DNA of 64,000 nt from Phyllobates terribilis (lineage: Eukaryota), in contig NW_027362769.1 in assembly GCF_046119375.1 (NCBI RefSeq), positions 186,496,001 through 186,560,000 of the forward strand, read 5' to 3'. The notes under the pieces were generated by a model. It was not told where the DNA came from and searched no databases. It was given only the letters and a program-made list of their open reading frames with translations. Made by a program: the position numbers and the translations under genes. Of the stretch, positions 26,581 through 39,499 are shown one piece after another (positions within the stretch are counted from its first letter, which is position 1; every line of letters begins with the position of its first letter).

Positions 26581-27840
26581 CTGCGCACAAAGTTCACAGA
26601 GGAATTCTCAATTTTTGGACAGAAATTCAGGAAATAAAACACTCACGCAAGGTTTAACCACTTAGGGACGCAGAAAATGTTTGTTTTTGTGCTTTTTGTT
26701 CCATAGTATTGCTCTATATAGAAAAGTCAGGATATGACGCCCGGTCTGCGGCCTTCAGCCACCCCCCTTTGCTGTCTTAGCAGCCCATCAGCTGCCCACG
26801 ATTGCATTGCGAGGGTGTGTGGGCTCGATGCGCACCCAGACGTCTTCCTCAGCCGGATAGTGGCGATAAGTGCTGCTATCCATGACTGACAGCAGCATTT
26901 AAGCAGCAGTGATGCTGCCAGCTATGTAATATGGCCGGTACCTGCACGGTGTGGCGGGGGCTCAGCTCCACAGATCCTGACATGCTCCAAAACATCATAC
27001 TACGTCATGGAGCATTAAGCCGATGCAGCCCAGCACGCTTATGATCAGATTACGATTTTTCACATGCGTTGCTTTTTTTTTCTGGTCTCTTGGCAGTAAA
27101 ATAGTTGTAGACAAAAAGCAGGTTTTGGTGGCTTTTGTGCTGCTTTTCAGGATCTCAATGTTTCGTTTTGCTTCTACAAGCATGAAAAATGCATGGTGTT
27201 CGGCCACCGATGCAACACATGGGAAATCATAAAATAATTTTTTGGGGGAAAAAAAGGGCAATTTGATCAAATTATTTATGTGAAAATTTTTTTGTTATGT
27301 CTGAAAAAATATTGACTATTTTAAACAAAAAAATTTCCTGAAAAAAAAAAAATACACAATTGCAAAATGTAAGAACAGCGGTGAGTATAGTTTACCTAAC
27401 AATGGCAGGGCATTGAGTAGGTCGGGCATAGTTTACTTTTTCACATATCATAAATTTAACTCAACTGTACTAATACCAACATCCCTGCTCATGGGAAGAC
27501 ACAACAACATTATTTAAACTTGGGAAAAAAATCACAAAAATAAATGGGTTTCACATCCTGCTGTATCTGATTTTTTTTCACTAAAAATGCTGCAAAAACT
27601 GATGGCAATGGTTTTTTTGCACTTACTCAATGCTTTCTGTGGGTGAAAAAACACTGCAAAAATGCTGAAAGAAAGGACATGCTGCAGTTTTTTTTTTTAA
27701 AGCAGCAGTTTTCCCAATTCAGTCAGGAAAAAAAATTGCAATTTTTTTTTTTACTGCCAAGAGATCAGGTTTTGGCTGCAGAAAAAAAGCAACATGTGAA
27801 CATAGCCTGACGGCTGCAGATCAGTTGATGACCGTTGTAC

Positions 27841-27950
27841 CTGCAGCTCCTCCTGCTGGCAAGAGCTGGAATACAGAATGTCCAAGAGGCGGCTGAGTTC
27901 CTGGCCAAAGCCCTTCCCGGTCCATTGCTTACTCAAAAGAGACCTGAGAC
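27841..27950 (-). CDS. IQCB1: IQCB1 coding exon 7 (110 nt)
   Basis: AG/GT bounded; GLRSLLSKQWTGKGFGQELSRLLDILYSSSCQQEELQ. Confidence 0.94.
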
Positions 27951-28440
27951 CTGCGTGTAAATACATAATTAATGAGTGTGAGGAATAAGACCTGTGATAC
28001 GTCATGAAGAGCTGGAGAACGCAGCAGCCAACGAGCGCATAACTCTCTTCTTAAAGGAGAACGTCCAACTAGCACATTTGTCTAATGTAGAGATGTATTA
28101 CAATAATTCACTCTTAAGTTCTCCTTTAATGACAGGATCACGTGCTCCCTGCCCTTTGTGTCAGCACAGTGAGATTTATTCTCCATTTGTAACTTTGCTG
28201 TTAATGAAGTTAATAATTATTGTACAATGGGGGAGGGGAGGGGTCCTAGGACTCGGCTGTAGCCTCCATACATGAAATGATAGTGGGTGAACCTTTCACA
28301 TAATGAGACCCTGATAAGTTACGCTGCACAACCAGAGAGCGCTGCTGTATTCACTTCTGTCTCTATTTTCCATACAGTATCTTTATGGAAATGGAGCAGC
28401 AGCAAATATGAGGGAAAGCACACCAAGTAAGTACACTAAT

Positions 28441-30515
28441 GGCATTATACTCCAGAGCTGCGCTCACTATTCTGCTGGTGCAGTCACTGTGTACATACAT
28501 TACATTACTGATCCTGAGTTACATCATGTGTTATACTCCAGAGCTGCACTCACTATTCTGAGTTACCTCCTGTATTATACTCCAGAGCTGCACTCACTAT
28601 TCTGCTGGTGCAGTCACTGTGTACATACATTACATTACTGATCCTGAGTTACCTCCTGTATTATACTCCAGAGCTGCACTCACTATTCTGCTGGTGGAGT
28701 CACTGTGTACATACATTACATTACTGATCCTGAGTTACATCCTGTATTATACTCCAGAGCTGCACTCACTATTCTGCTGGTGCAGTCACTGTGTACATAC
28801 ATTACATTACTGATCCTGAGTTACCTCCTGTATTATACTCCAGAGCTGCACTCACTATTCTGCTGGTGGAGTCACTGTGTACATACATTACATTACTGAT
28901 CCCGAGTTACATCCTGTATTATACTCCAGAGCTGCACTCACTATTCTGCTGGTGCAGTCACTGTGTACATACATTACATTACTGATCCTGAGTTACCTCC
29001 TGTATTATACTCCAGAGCTGCACTCACTATTCTGCTGGTGGAGTCACTGTGTACATACATTACATTACTGATCCTGAGTTACATCCTGTATTATACTCCA
29101 GAGCTGCACTCACTATTCTGCTGGTGCAGTCACTGTGTACATACATTACATTACTGATCCCGAGTTACATCCTGTATTATACTCCAGAGCTGCAATCACT
29201 ATTCTGCTGGTGCAGTCACTGTGTACATACATTACATTACTGATCCCGAGTTACATCCTGTATTATACTCCAGAGCTGCACTCACTATTCTGCTGGTGCA
29301 GTCACTGTGTACATACATTGCTGATCCTGAGTTACATCCTGTATTATACTCCAGAGCTGCACTCACTATTCTGCTGGTGCAGTCTCTGTGTACATACATT
29401 ACATTACTGATCCTGAGTTACCTCCTGTATTATACTCCAGAGCTGCACTCACTATTCTGCTGGTGGAGTCACTGTGTACATACATTACATTACTGATCCT
29501 GAGTTACATCCTGTATTTTACTCCAGAGCTGCACTCACTATTCTGCTGGTGCAGTCACTGTGTACATACATTACATTACTGATCCTGAGTTACATCCTGT
29601 ATTATACTCCAGAGCTGCACTCACTATTCTGCTGGTGAAGTCACTGTGTACATACATTACATTACTGATCCTGAGTTACATCCTGTATTATACTCCAGAG
29701 CTGCACTCACTATTCTGCTGGTGCAGTCACTGTGTACATACATTACATTACTGATCCTGAGTTACATCCTGTATTAGACTCCAGAGCTGCACTCACTATT
29801 CTGCTGGTGCAGTCACTGTGTACATACATTACATTACTGATCCTGAGTTACCTCCTGTATTATACTCCAGAGCTGCACTCACTATTCTGCTGGTGCAGTC
29901 ACTGTGTAAATACATTACATCACTGATCCTGAGTTACCTCCTGTATTATACTCCAGAGCTGCACTCACTATTCTGCTGGTGTAGTCACTGTGTACATACA
30001 TTACATTACTGATCCTGAGTTACATCCTGTATTATACTCCAGAGCTGCACTCACTATTCTGCTGGTGCAGTCACTGTGTAAATACATTACATCACTGATC
30101 CTGAGTTACCTCCTGTATTATACTCCAGAGCTGCACTCACTATTCTGCTGGTGTAGTCACTGTGTACATACATTACATTACTGATCCTGAGTTACATCCT
30201 GTATTATACTCCAGAGCTGCACTCACTATTCTGCTGGTGCAGTCACTGTGTACATACATTACATTACTGATCCTGAGTTACATCCTGTATTATACTCCAG
30301 AGCTGCACTCACTATTCTGCTGGTGCAGTCACTGTGTACACACATTACATTACTGATCCTGAGTTACATCCTGTATTATACTCCAGAGCAGCACTCACTA
30401 TTCTGCTGGTGCAGTCACTGTGTACATACATTACATTACTGATCCTGAGTTACCTCCTGTATTATACTCCAGAGCTGCACTCACTGTTCTGCAGTCACTG
30501 AGTACATACATTACC
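28441..30515. repeat. 86-bp tandem array, about 24 copies
   Basis: Unit ATTATACTCCAGAGCTGCACTCACTATTCTGCTGGTGCAGTCACTGTGTACATACATTACATTACTGATCCTGAGTTACATCCTGT; ORF-track starts recur every 86 bp. Confidence 0.97.
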
Positions 30516-31143
30516 TACCCCGCACGGCTCGCGGCTCCTCCAGCATTGCTATAGACGCGGTATCGCTGTAAGACACCACAGAGTAATGGGGGATCGTCCT
30601 ACTTCGGATCTGACACCACATCTGGCAGAGGTTCTGATGCTTCATTTTCCCGCAGTCCCTGGGTGGTAATGAATCCTGTACACAGCACTGTATATAGGGG
30701 GTGTCCAGGCAGCAGGATAATGAGAATATACGGAGCCTGCGATGGACTAAGAGGCCTCCAGACAGCAGACTGCTGACCGCTGCGTTCTCCTACGATCCAT
30801 ACATAATTTATACAGGCGCACTGCCGCGTCCGGAGGAGAACCGCTCCTCAAGGCAGAATCACTGTCCCGGCAGAGAAAAGCAAGAACGCTGCTAATATCT
30901 GTGACATACCTCTGCCCGGGTGCAGCTTATATTAATAGAGCTCTGCAGGATTACAGAAATGTAACAACCTTCTGACAATGACAGCGCCACTCCTGACTAC
31001 AGGGTATGTGTGGTACTGCAGCTCAGTTCCCCTGAAGTGACTCATGCAGAGCTACAATACCTAATACAACCTGTAGACAAGGGTGGCGCTGTGTACATCC
31101 TGGTAACGAGGCCTGTAGGACCCTTGTAGTCTCCATATCCCAC

Positions 31144-31316
31144 CTTTATATCGCGTGCCCACCATCTGCACGATATGAGGACTGGACTCCACCATCTGAA
31201 GCAGCGACCGAGTTGCAGAACTGCCGGTGACGGGATTGGAGGTGGCAGAAAGTTTATAAACCAGTTCGTCCAGGATCGGGTGCAGCGTCACGTCTGGAAT
31301 CTGACGGAGGACGGAG
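31144..31316 (-). CDS. IQCB1: IQCB1 coding exon 6 (173 nt)
   Basis: AG/GT bounded; SVLRQIPDVTLHPILDELVYKLSATSNPVTGSSATRSLLQMVESSPHIVQMVGTRYK. Confidence 0.92.
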
Positions 31317-31754
31317 CTGCCGGTGACAAGAGAGGAGGACGCCCCGTCAGGTTCTAGTAGATGGATGCCGTCGCATACACGGGTACAGAGGCTGTCGCAG
31401 AATTTAGCAGTAATTCCACACCAGGTCCATCCTCCAGGGGGCACTCTGCTCCTTTCCTCAGATGCCGAACCTCGTCACAGGGATCTGCCCCATCATCTAA
31501 AGTAAGTGATCAGCTTGTCGTCTGTCCAAAAGTGCATCCTGGGGTCAGCTACTTCTCAGGTAAGTGACGCACCCGGCCGCCCACGAGGGAGAAAAACAAA
31601 ACACGGGATTCAGCAGACCAGACCGCCTTCTTCCATCGCTCCATGGTCCATTTCTGATGCTTATGTGCCCATTATAAGCACATTTAGCAGTGAACAGCAT
31701 GGACACCGGTCTGCAAGGTGTGATGCTCTACATGGCCAGATACCTATTTATTAG

Positions 31755-34252
31755 ACTGCGACGCTCTGCCTGTCCCGACACCCTTCTATCACAGCTGCAA
31801 CGCTCTGCCTGTCCCGACACCATTCTATCACAGCTGAGACGCTCTGCGTGTCCCGACACCCTTCTATCACAGCTGCAACGCTCTGCCTGTCCCGACACCC
31901 TTCTATCACAGCTGAGACGCTCTGCCTGTCCCGACAGCCTTCTATCACAGCTGCAACGCTCTGCCTGTCCCGACAGCCTTCTATCACAGCTGCAACGCTC
32001 TGCCTGTCCCGACACCCTTCTATCACAGCTGAGACGCTCTGCCTGTCCCGACAGCCTTCTATCACAGCTGCAACGCTCTGCCTGTCCCGACAGCCTTCTA
32101 TCACAGCTGCAACGCTCTGCCTGTCCCGACACCCTTCTATCACAGCTGAGACGCTCTGCCTGTCCCGACACCCTTCTATCACAGCTGAGACGCTCTGCCT
32201 GTCCCGACAGCCTTCTATCACAGCTGCGACGCTCTGCCTGTCCTGACACCCTTCTATCACAGCTGAGACGCTCTGCCTGTCCCGACACCCTTCTATCACA
32301 GCTGCGACGCTCTGCCTGTCCAGACACCCTTCTATCACAGCTGCGACGCTCTGCCTGTCCCGACACCCTTCTATCACAGCTGCGACGCTCTGCCTGTCCC
32401 GACACCCTTCTATCACAGCTGAGAAGCTCTGCCTGTCCCGACAGCCTTCTATCACAGCTGCGACGCTCTGCCTGTCCCGACAGCCTTCTATCACAGCTGA
32501 GACGCTCTGCCTGTCCCGACAGCCTTCTATCACAGCTGCGACGCTCTGCCTGTCCCGACAGCCTTCTATCACAGCTGCGACGCTCTGCCTGTCCCGACAG
32601 CCTTCTATCACAGCTGCGACGCTCTGCCTGTCCCGACAGCCTTCTATCACAGCTGCGACGCTCTGCCTGTCCCGACAGCCTTCTATCACAGCTGAGACGC
32701 TCTGCCTGTCCCGACAGCCTTCTATCACAGCTGCAACGCTCTGCCTGTCCCGACAGCCTTCTATCACAGCTGCAACGCTCTGCCTGTCCCGACAGCCTTC
32801 TATCACAGCTGCGACGCTCTGCCTGTCCCGACAGCCTTCTATCACAGCTACGACGCTCTGCCTGTCCCGACACCCTTCTATCACAGCTGAGACGCTCTGC
32901 CTGTCCCGACACCCTTCTATCACAGCTGAGACGCTCTGCCTGTCCCGACAGCCTTCTATCACAGCTGAGACGCTCTGCCTGTCCCGACAGCCTTCTATCA
33001 CAGATGCGACGCTCTGCCTGTCCCGACAGCCTTCTATCACAGCTGCGACGCTCTGCGTGTCCCGACACTATTCTATCACAGCTGAGACGCTCTGCGTGTC
33101 CCGACAGCCTTCTATCACAGCTGCGACGCTCTGCCTGTCCCGACAGCCTTCTATCACAGCTACGACGCTCTGCCTGTCCCGACAGCCTTCTATCACAGCT
33201 GCGACGCTCTGCCTGTCCCGACACTATTCTATCACAGCTGCGACGCTCTGCCTGTCCCGACAGCCTTCTATCACAGCTGCGACGCTCTGCCTGTCCCGAC
33301 AGCCTTCTATCACAGCTACGACGCTCTGCCTGTCCCGACAGCCTTCTATCACAGCTGCGACGCTCTGCCTGTCCCGACACCCTTCTATCACAGCTACGAC
33401 GCTCTGCCTGTCCCGACACCCTTCTATCACAGCTACGACGCTCTGCCTGTCCCGACAGCCTTCTATCACAGCTACGACGCTCTGCCTGTCCCGACAGCCT
33501 TCTATCACAGCTACGACGCTCTGCCTGTCCCGACAGCCTTCTATCACAGCTGCGATGCTCTGCCTGTCCCGACAGCCTTCTATCACAGCTGCAACGCACT
33601 GCCTGTCCCGACACCATTCTATCACAGCTGAGACGCTCTGCGTGTCCCGACACCATTCTATCACAGCTGCAACGCACTGCCTGTCCCGACACCATTCTAT
33701 CACAGCTGAGACGCTCTGCGTGTCCCGACACCATTCTATCACAGCTGAGACGCTCTGCGTGTCCCGACACCATTCTATCACAGCTGCTACGCTCTGCCTG
33801 TCCCGACACCATTCTATCACAGCTGCAACGCACTGCCTGTCCCGACACCATTCTATCACAGCTGCTACGCTCTGCCTGTCCCGACACCATTCTATCACAG
33901 CTGCAACGCTCTGCCTGTCCCGACACCATTCTATCACAGCTGCTACGCACTGCCTGTCCCGACACCCTTCTATCACAGCTGCGACGCTCTGCCTGTCCCG
34001 ACAGCCTTCTATCACAGCTGCGACGCTCTGCCTGTCCCGACAGCCTTCTATCACAGCTACGACGCTCTGCCTGTCCCGACAGCCTTCTATCACAGCTACG
34101 ACGCTCTGCCTGTCCCGACAGCCTTCTATCACAGCTGCTACGCTCTGCCTGTCCCGACAGCCTTCTATCACAGCTGCTACGCTCTGCCTGTCCCGACAGC
34201 CTTCTATCACAGCTGCTACGCTCTGCCTGTCCAGACACTATTCTATCACAGC
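31755..34252. repeat. 39-bp tandem array, about 64 copies
   Basis: Unit CGCTCTGCCTGTCCCGACAGCCTTCTATCACAGCTGCGA. Confidence 0.97.
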
Positions 34253-34637
34253 CAGCAGTACATTTATCAGTAATTTGGGGGTACACCACTCTTCCATCCG
34301 TATCGGACTAGATGGGCTATCCTGTCCCCAGTTCTCTGGTTGTCCTTTCTTGGGCCACTTTTGATAAACACTGTACATCGGGAAGACCCAACAAGACCCG
34401 CCGATGGAGATGCTCTGACCCAGTCATCTGGACATCATTATTTGGCCAGTCAGTGTCAAGACCAGACTGATCAATTGCTGATAATACATCTTCCCCAATC
34501 ACTGACAGGCACCATTATCACCAGATAATCAAGGTATTAATGTTATGCCTTATCAGCGACCACTGCAGGTATGATGCTGTGGGTAGAGTGGATTCTGATC
34601 ACGCATTTGGCTGCGAAGAGTCCAACGCCGCCATACA

Positions 34638-34941
34638 CCTCCTCCCTCTGTACCCGTCTATCATTGTTAGTTTACTGTAAGTGATATCTGTATCTGGTAT
34701 GTAACCCCTTCTCATGTACAGCGCCATGGAATCAATGGCGCTATATAAATAATAATAATATACAATGTATCTGTAGAATGTAAGCCCCCAGGGGCAGGGT
34801 CCTCCTCCCTCTGTACCCGTCTATCATTGTTAGTTTACTGTAAGTGATATCTGTATCTGGTATGTAACCCCTTCTCATGTACAGCGCCATGGAATCAATG
34901 GCGCTATATAAATAAATAATAAAATAATAATAATAATAAAT
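34638..34941 (+). mobile_element. Two adjacent copies of an L2-clade LINE/SINE 3' tail
   Basis: About 120 bp repeated at a 163-bp offset; each copy has stem-loop AGCGCCAT-GGAATCA-ATGGCGCT followed by an (AAT)n tail. Confidence 0.55.
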
Positions 34942-35428
34942 ACACACTGGAGGGTGGTCAGCTGAATGCTGATGGACGATCGGCCAAAGCAGCAATGTCT
35001 GCGGGTCCAGCAGTCCTGTGTAATCCTGTGTGATCTCTGGGAGATCAATGCAATCAGCAGCCAAGCACCAGCGACATCTCTCCCAATGATCAGTCGGCCA
35101 GTGCCCCCCGCCACACATTAGACCATCGGCTGGCGTCAGTCTAATGTGTACCAGGGCGTTAGCGTGTGTCTCCCGGACCACCGTAAGCACCTCGACCACG
35201 TTCACCTCGCCAATGGCTTGCCCCCCCCATCCATGGGCAGCCACCCCCCCGGTCTGCCTCCTCCCCGGTCAGCCCCACCTTCCCATCCACGGTCAGCCCC
35301 CCCAATCTGTCCTCTACCCAGTCCACGGTCAGCCCCCCCACGCTCTCCCTGCTCGTATCAGACCTCCTCAGTCACCAGGTTGATATAATTAAGCGATTTC
35401 TAGCGTTGCGTAGAATGGATTACTCTAC

Positions 35429-35528
35429 CTGTTGGCGCGCAGGATGGCCTGCAGAACAGACATGACAGCCGTGCCGCTCTCCACATCATCCGTCATCAGT
35501 AGCTGTAAGAAATGCTCCTGTCTGAAAA
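35429..35528 (-). CDS. IQCB1: IQCB1 coding exon 5 (100 nt)
   Basis: AG/GT bounded; VFRQEHFLQLLMTDDVESGTAVMSVLQAILRANS. Confidence 0.93.
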
Positions 35529-35713
35529 CTGCAGATAAATACCAAGGATTCAGTTATCACCAGAGGTGGAGACGAGGACGCTGCGTGTACGAGCAGAGGT
35601 CTGAGAAGTGTGGAAAATGATGCAAACCAACGGAAGCAGTAACGGGCGACATCTACATCTCTACAGACACCTGGCGTAAAGCAAGGCTTTGACACCGGCC
35701 GCGTGCCACTTAC

Positions 35714-35807
35714 CGAGCTCAGCCAACAGCATGTGACCACTGGACAAGCAGCACAGGGAATCCATCACCAGCCTGAAGCCCCGCAGCAGCTCCCCGCTCT
35801 CTTCCTC
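35714..35807 (-). CDS. IQCB1: IQCB1 coding exon 4 (94 nt)
   Basis: EEESGELLRGFRLVMDSLCCLSSGHMLLAEL; donor GTAAGT; phases fit both neighbours. Confidence 0.9.
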
Positions 35808-36264
35808 CTTCCAGGGAAAGACATTACATGAAGTCACATATCCCGAGCTCACGGGACACCGGTATACACGTCCAGAGAGCGCCATCTATGGGTGAATGTA
35901 CAAATCTGCCTCCTACAGCTGCACAACATGAATTAGTCTCTACATCATTGAGGTTCAGTCATTTCCTTCTGAATATCAGGGGTGAACAACCTCTTTATTT
36001 TGTCTGAGAGCCTCAGTGTGAGACCAAGGTACCTGAGAGGGGTACTGCTGTCACACTGGTATGTCATAAGTGTCAGATAGGTGCGGCTTTCACCGACTTC
36101 TACCCATCAGGATAATTGGGGTCACCTGCTCACCCATTTGGCACTTTACAGAGGAGGAGACCCTGCACGTGACCCAGCGAAACATTGGACAAATCTCAAA
36201 CTATAGAGGGAGGAAGCGGCGCACAGATGACAGCGCTGCAACTCATCTAGTGCTGACCGAGGGT

Positions 36265-37755
36265 ATGCACTAAACAGCAGCGGGCAGCACGTGATGCACT
36301 AAACAGCAGCGGGCAGCACATGATGCACTAAACAGCAGCGGGCAGCACGTGACGCACTAAACAGCAGCGGGCAGCACGTGACGCACTAAACAGCAGCGGG
36401 CAGCACGTGAGGCACTAAACAGCAGCGGGCAGCACGTGAGGCACTAAACAGCAGCGGGCAGCACGTGAGGCACTAAACAGCAGCGGGCAGCACGTGAGGC
36501 ACTAAACAGCAGCGGGCAGCACGTGAGGCACTAAACAGCAGCGGGCAGCACGTGACGCACTAAACAGCAGCGGGCAGCACGTGACGCACTAAACAGCAGC
36601 GGGCAGCACGTGACGCACTAAACAGCAGCGGGCAGCACGTGACGCACTAAACAGCAGCGGGCAGCACGTGAGGCACTAAACAGCAGCGGGCAGCACGTGA
36701 TGCACTAAACAGCAGCGGGCAGCACGTGATGCACTAAACAGCAGCGGGCAGCACGTGATGCACTAAACAGCAGCGGGCAGCACGTGATGCACTAAACAGC
36801 AGCGGGCAGCACGTGATGCACTAAACAGCAGCGGGCAGCACGTGACGCACTAAACAGCAGCGGGCAGCACGTGACGCACTAAACAGCAGCGGGCAGCACG
36901 TGACGCACTAAACAGCAGCGGGCAGCACGTGACGCACTAAACAGCAGCGGGCAGCACGTGACGCACTAAACAGCAGCGGGCAGCACGTGACGCACTAAAC
37001 AGCAGCGGGCAGCACGTGACGCACTAAACAGCAGCGGGCAGCACGTGACGCACTAAACAGCAGCGGGCAGCACGTGACGCACTAAACAGCAGCGGGCAGC
37101 ACGTGATGCACTAAACAGCAGCGGGCAGCACGTGATGCACTAAACAGCAGCGGGCAGCACGTGATGCACTAAACAGCAGCGGGCAGCACGTGATGCACTA
37201 AACAGCAGCGGGCAGCACGTGATGCACTAAACAGCAGCGGGCAGCACGTGATGCACTAAACAGCAGCGGGCAGCACGTGATGCACTAAACAGCAGCGGGC
37301 AGCACGTGACGCACTAAACAGCAGCGGGCAGCACGTGACGCACTAAACAGCAGCGGGCAGCACGTGACGCACTAAACAGCAGCGGGCAGCACGTGACGCA
37401 CTAAACAGCAGCGGGCAGCACGTGATGCACTAAACAGCAGCGGGCAGCACGTGATGCACTAAACAGCAGCGGGCAGCACGTGATGCACTAAACAGCAGCG
37501 GGCAGCACGTGACGCACTAAACAGCAGCGGGCAGCACGTGACGCACTAAACAGCAGCGGGCAGCACGTGACGCACTAAACAGCAGCGGGCAGCACGTGAC
37601 GCACTAAACAGCAGCGGGCAGCACGTGACGCACTAAACAGCAGCGGGCGGCACGTGACGCACTAAACAGCAGCGGGCGGCACGTGACGCACTAAACAGCA
37701 GCGGGCGGCACGTGACGCACTAAACAGCAGCGGGCGGCACGTGATGCACTAAACA
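36265..37755. repeat. 29-bp tandem array, about 51 copies, nearly all with a CACGTG E-box
   Basis: Unit GCACTAAACAGCAGCGGGCAGCACGTGA(C/T/G). Confidence 0.97.
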
Positions 37756-37795
37756 AGCCTTCAGTCAGCTGCTGTCTGGACAAGACCTTATCTAC

Positions 37796-37925
37796 CTTGA
37801 CAGAGCGCACAAATCTCGCTTGGATCCGTCTTCCCAGCACTAACATGTTCAGGGCGGCAGATGGCAGCAACTTAGAATAAAAGTCATCAGCATCGATCTT
37901 AGGATCCAAACCAACGCAGCACTTA
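37796..37925 (-). CDS. IQCB1: IQCB1 coding exon 3 (130 nt)
   Basis: AG/GT bounded; KCCVGLDPKIDADDFYSKLLPSAALNMLVLGRRIQARFVRSVK. Confidence 0.96.
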
Positions 37926-38029
37926 CTAGAAGACGAAGGAAAGGGTTAATTAAATGACCGTAGAGAAGAGCCAATTACGCACATCGATCGATCTGACGCA
38001 GATCCAGCCAGGGATCAAAGGAGACACTA

Positions 38030-39215
38030 ACAGGGGCCCGACGGAGGAGGAGACGCTAACAGGGGCCCGACGGAGGAGGAGACGCTAACAGGGGCCCGAC
38101 GGAGGAGGAGACGCTAACAGGGGCCCGACGGAGGAGGAGGCGCTAACAGGGGCCCGACGGAGGAGGAGGCGCTAACAGGGGCCCGACGGAGGAGGAGGCG
38201 CTAACAGGGGCCTGACTGAGGAGGAGGCGCTAACAGGGGCCCGACTGAGGAGGAGGCGCTAACAGGGGCCCGACGGAGGAGGAGGCGCCAAGAGGGGACC
38301 CGACGGAGGAGGAGACGCCAAGAGGGGACCCGACGGAGGAGGAGACGCCAAGAGGGGACCCGACGGAGGAGGAGACGCCAAGAGGGGACCCGACGGAGGA
38401 GGCGACGCCAAGAGGGGACCCGACGGAGGAGGCGACGCCAAGAGGGGACCCGACGGAGGAGGAGACGCCAAGAGGGGACCCGACGGAGGAGGAGACGCCA
38501 AGAGGGGACCCGACGGAGGAGGAGACGCCAAGAGGGGACCCGACGGAGGAGGAGACGCCAAGAGGGGACCCGACGGAGGAGGAGACGCCAACAGGGGGCC
38601 CGACGGAGGAGGAGACGCCAAGAGGGGACCCGACGGAGGAGGAGACGCCAAGAGGGGACCCGACGGAGGAGGAGACGCCAACAGGGGCCCGACGGAGGAG
38701 GAGACGCCAACAGGGGGCCCGACGGAGGAGGAGACGCCAACAGGGGGCCCGACGGAGGAGGAGACGCCAACAGGGGGCCCGACGGAGGAGGAGACGCCAA
38801 CAGGGGGCCCGACGGAGGAGGAGACGCCAACAGGGGGCCCGACGGAGGAGGAGACGCCAACAGGGGGCCCGACGGAGGAGGAGACGCCAACAGGGGGCCC
38901 GACGGAGGAGGAGACGCCAACAGGGGGCCCGACGGAGGAGGAGACGCCAACAGGGGGCCCGACGGAGGAGGAGACGCCAACAGGGGGCCCGACGGAGGAG
39001 GAGACGCCAACAGGGGGCCCGACGGAGGAGGAGACGCCAACAGGGGGCCCGACGGAGGAGGAGACGCCAACAGGGGGCCCGACGGAGGAGGAGACGCCAA
39101 CAGGGGGCCCGACGGAGGAGGAGACGCCAACAGGGGGCCCGACGGAGGAGGAGACGCCAACAGGGGCCCGACGGAGGAGGAGACGCCAACAGGGGCCCGA
39201 CTGAGGAGGAGCCGA
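38030..39215. repeat. 29-30 bp tandem array, about 40 copies
   Basis: Unit GACGGAGGAGGAGACGCCAACAGGGGGCCC, in three variant blocks. Confidence 0.96.
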
Positions 39216-39298
39216 CCTGATTCAATTAACTCCTCTCCTGAAGCCTCCGGTCCTGTCTAAGATATAGCGGATCGCTTGTGCACTTAAGTCTCCATTAC

Positions 39299-39458
39299 CT
39301 CAGGACATCGGCCAGAGCAGCGGCCGTCATCCAGCCACCATGGACCCGGCTGTAATCCTGCTTCAGAACCAGAACACAATATTGGACCAGGCCGTAACTA
39401 TAGGAATCCTCCTTCAGTTTCTGCAGCTCTTCACGTCCAGACGCCGCACTCAGTATAT
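39299..39458 (-). CDS. IQCB1: IQCB1 coding exon 2 (160 nt)
   Basis: AG/GT bounded; ILSAASGREELQKLKEDSYSYGLVQYCVLVLKQDYSRVHGGWMTAAALADVL (human QYCLLVLSQDYSRIQGGW). Confidence 0.96.
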
Positions 39459-39499
39459 CTCGAGACAGAGACAAAGAAGTGGATATCAGAGAAGGAGTT

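Noticed and set aside
28441-30515. Regularly spaced repeats resembling a CRISPR array
   Set aside because: No unique spacers, no cas genes, eukaryotic context; units are contiguous 86-bp copies. The same applies to the other arrays.
31690-34311. 873-aa plus-strand and 853-aa minus-strand ORFs with 13-aa repeats
   Set aside because: They are the 39-bp array, whose unit is a multiple of 3 and lacks stops in these frames. Both track starts are GTG, the ORF ends coincide with the array ends, and the region is an IQCB1 intron.
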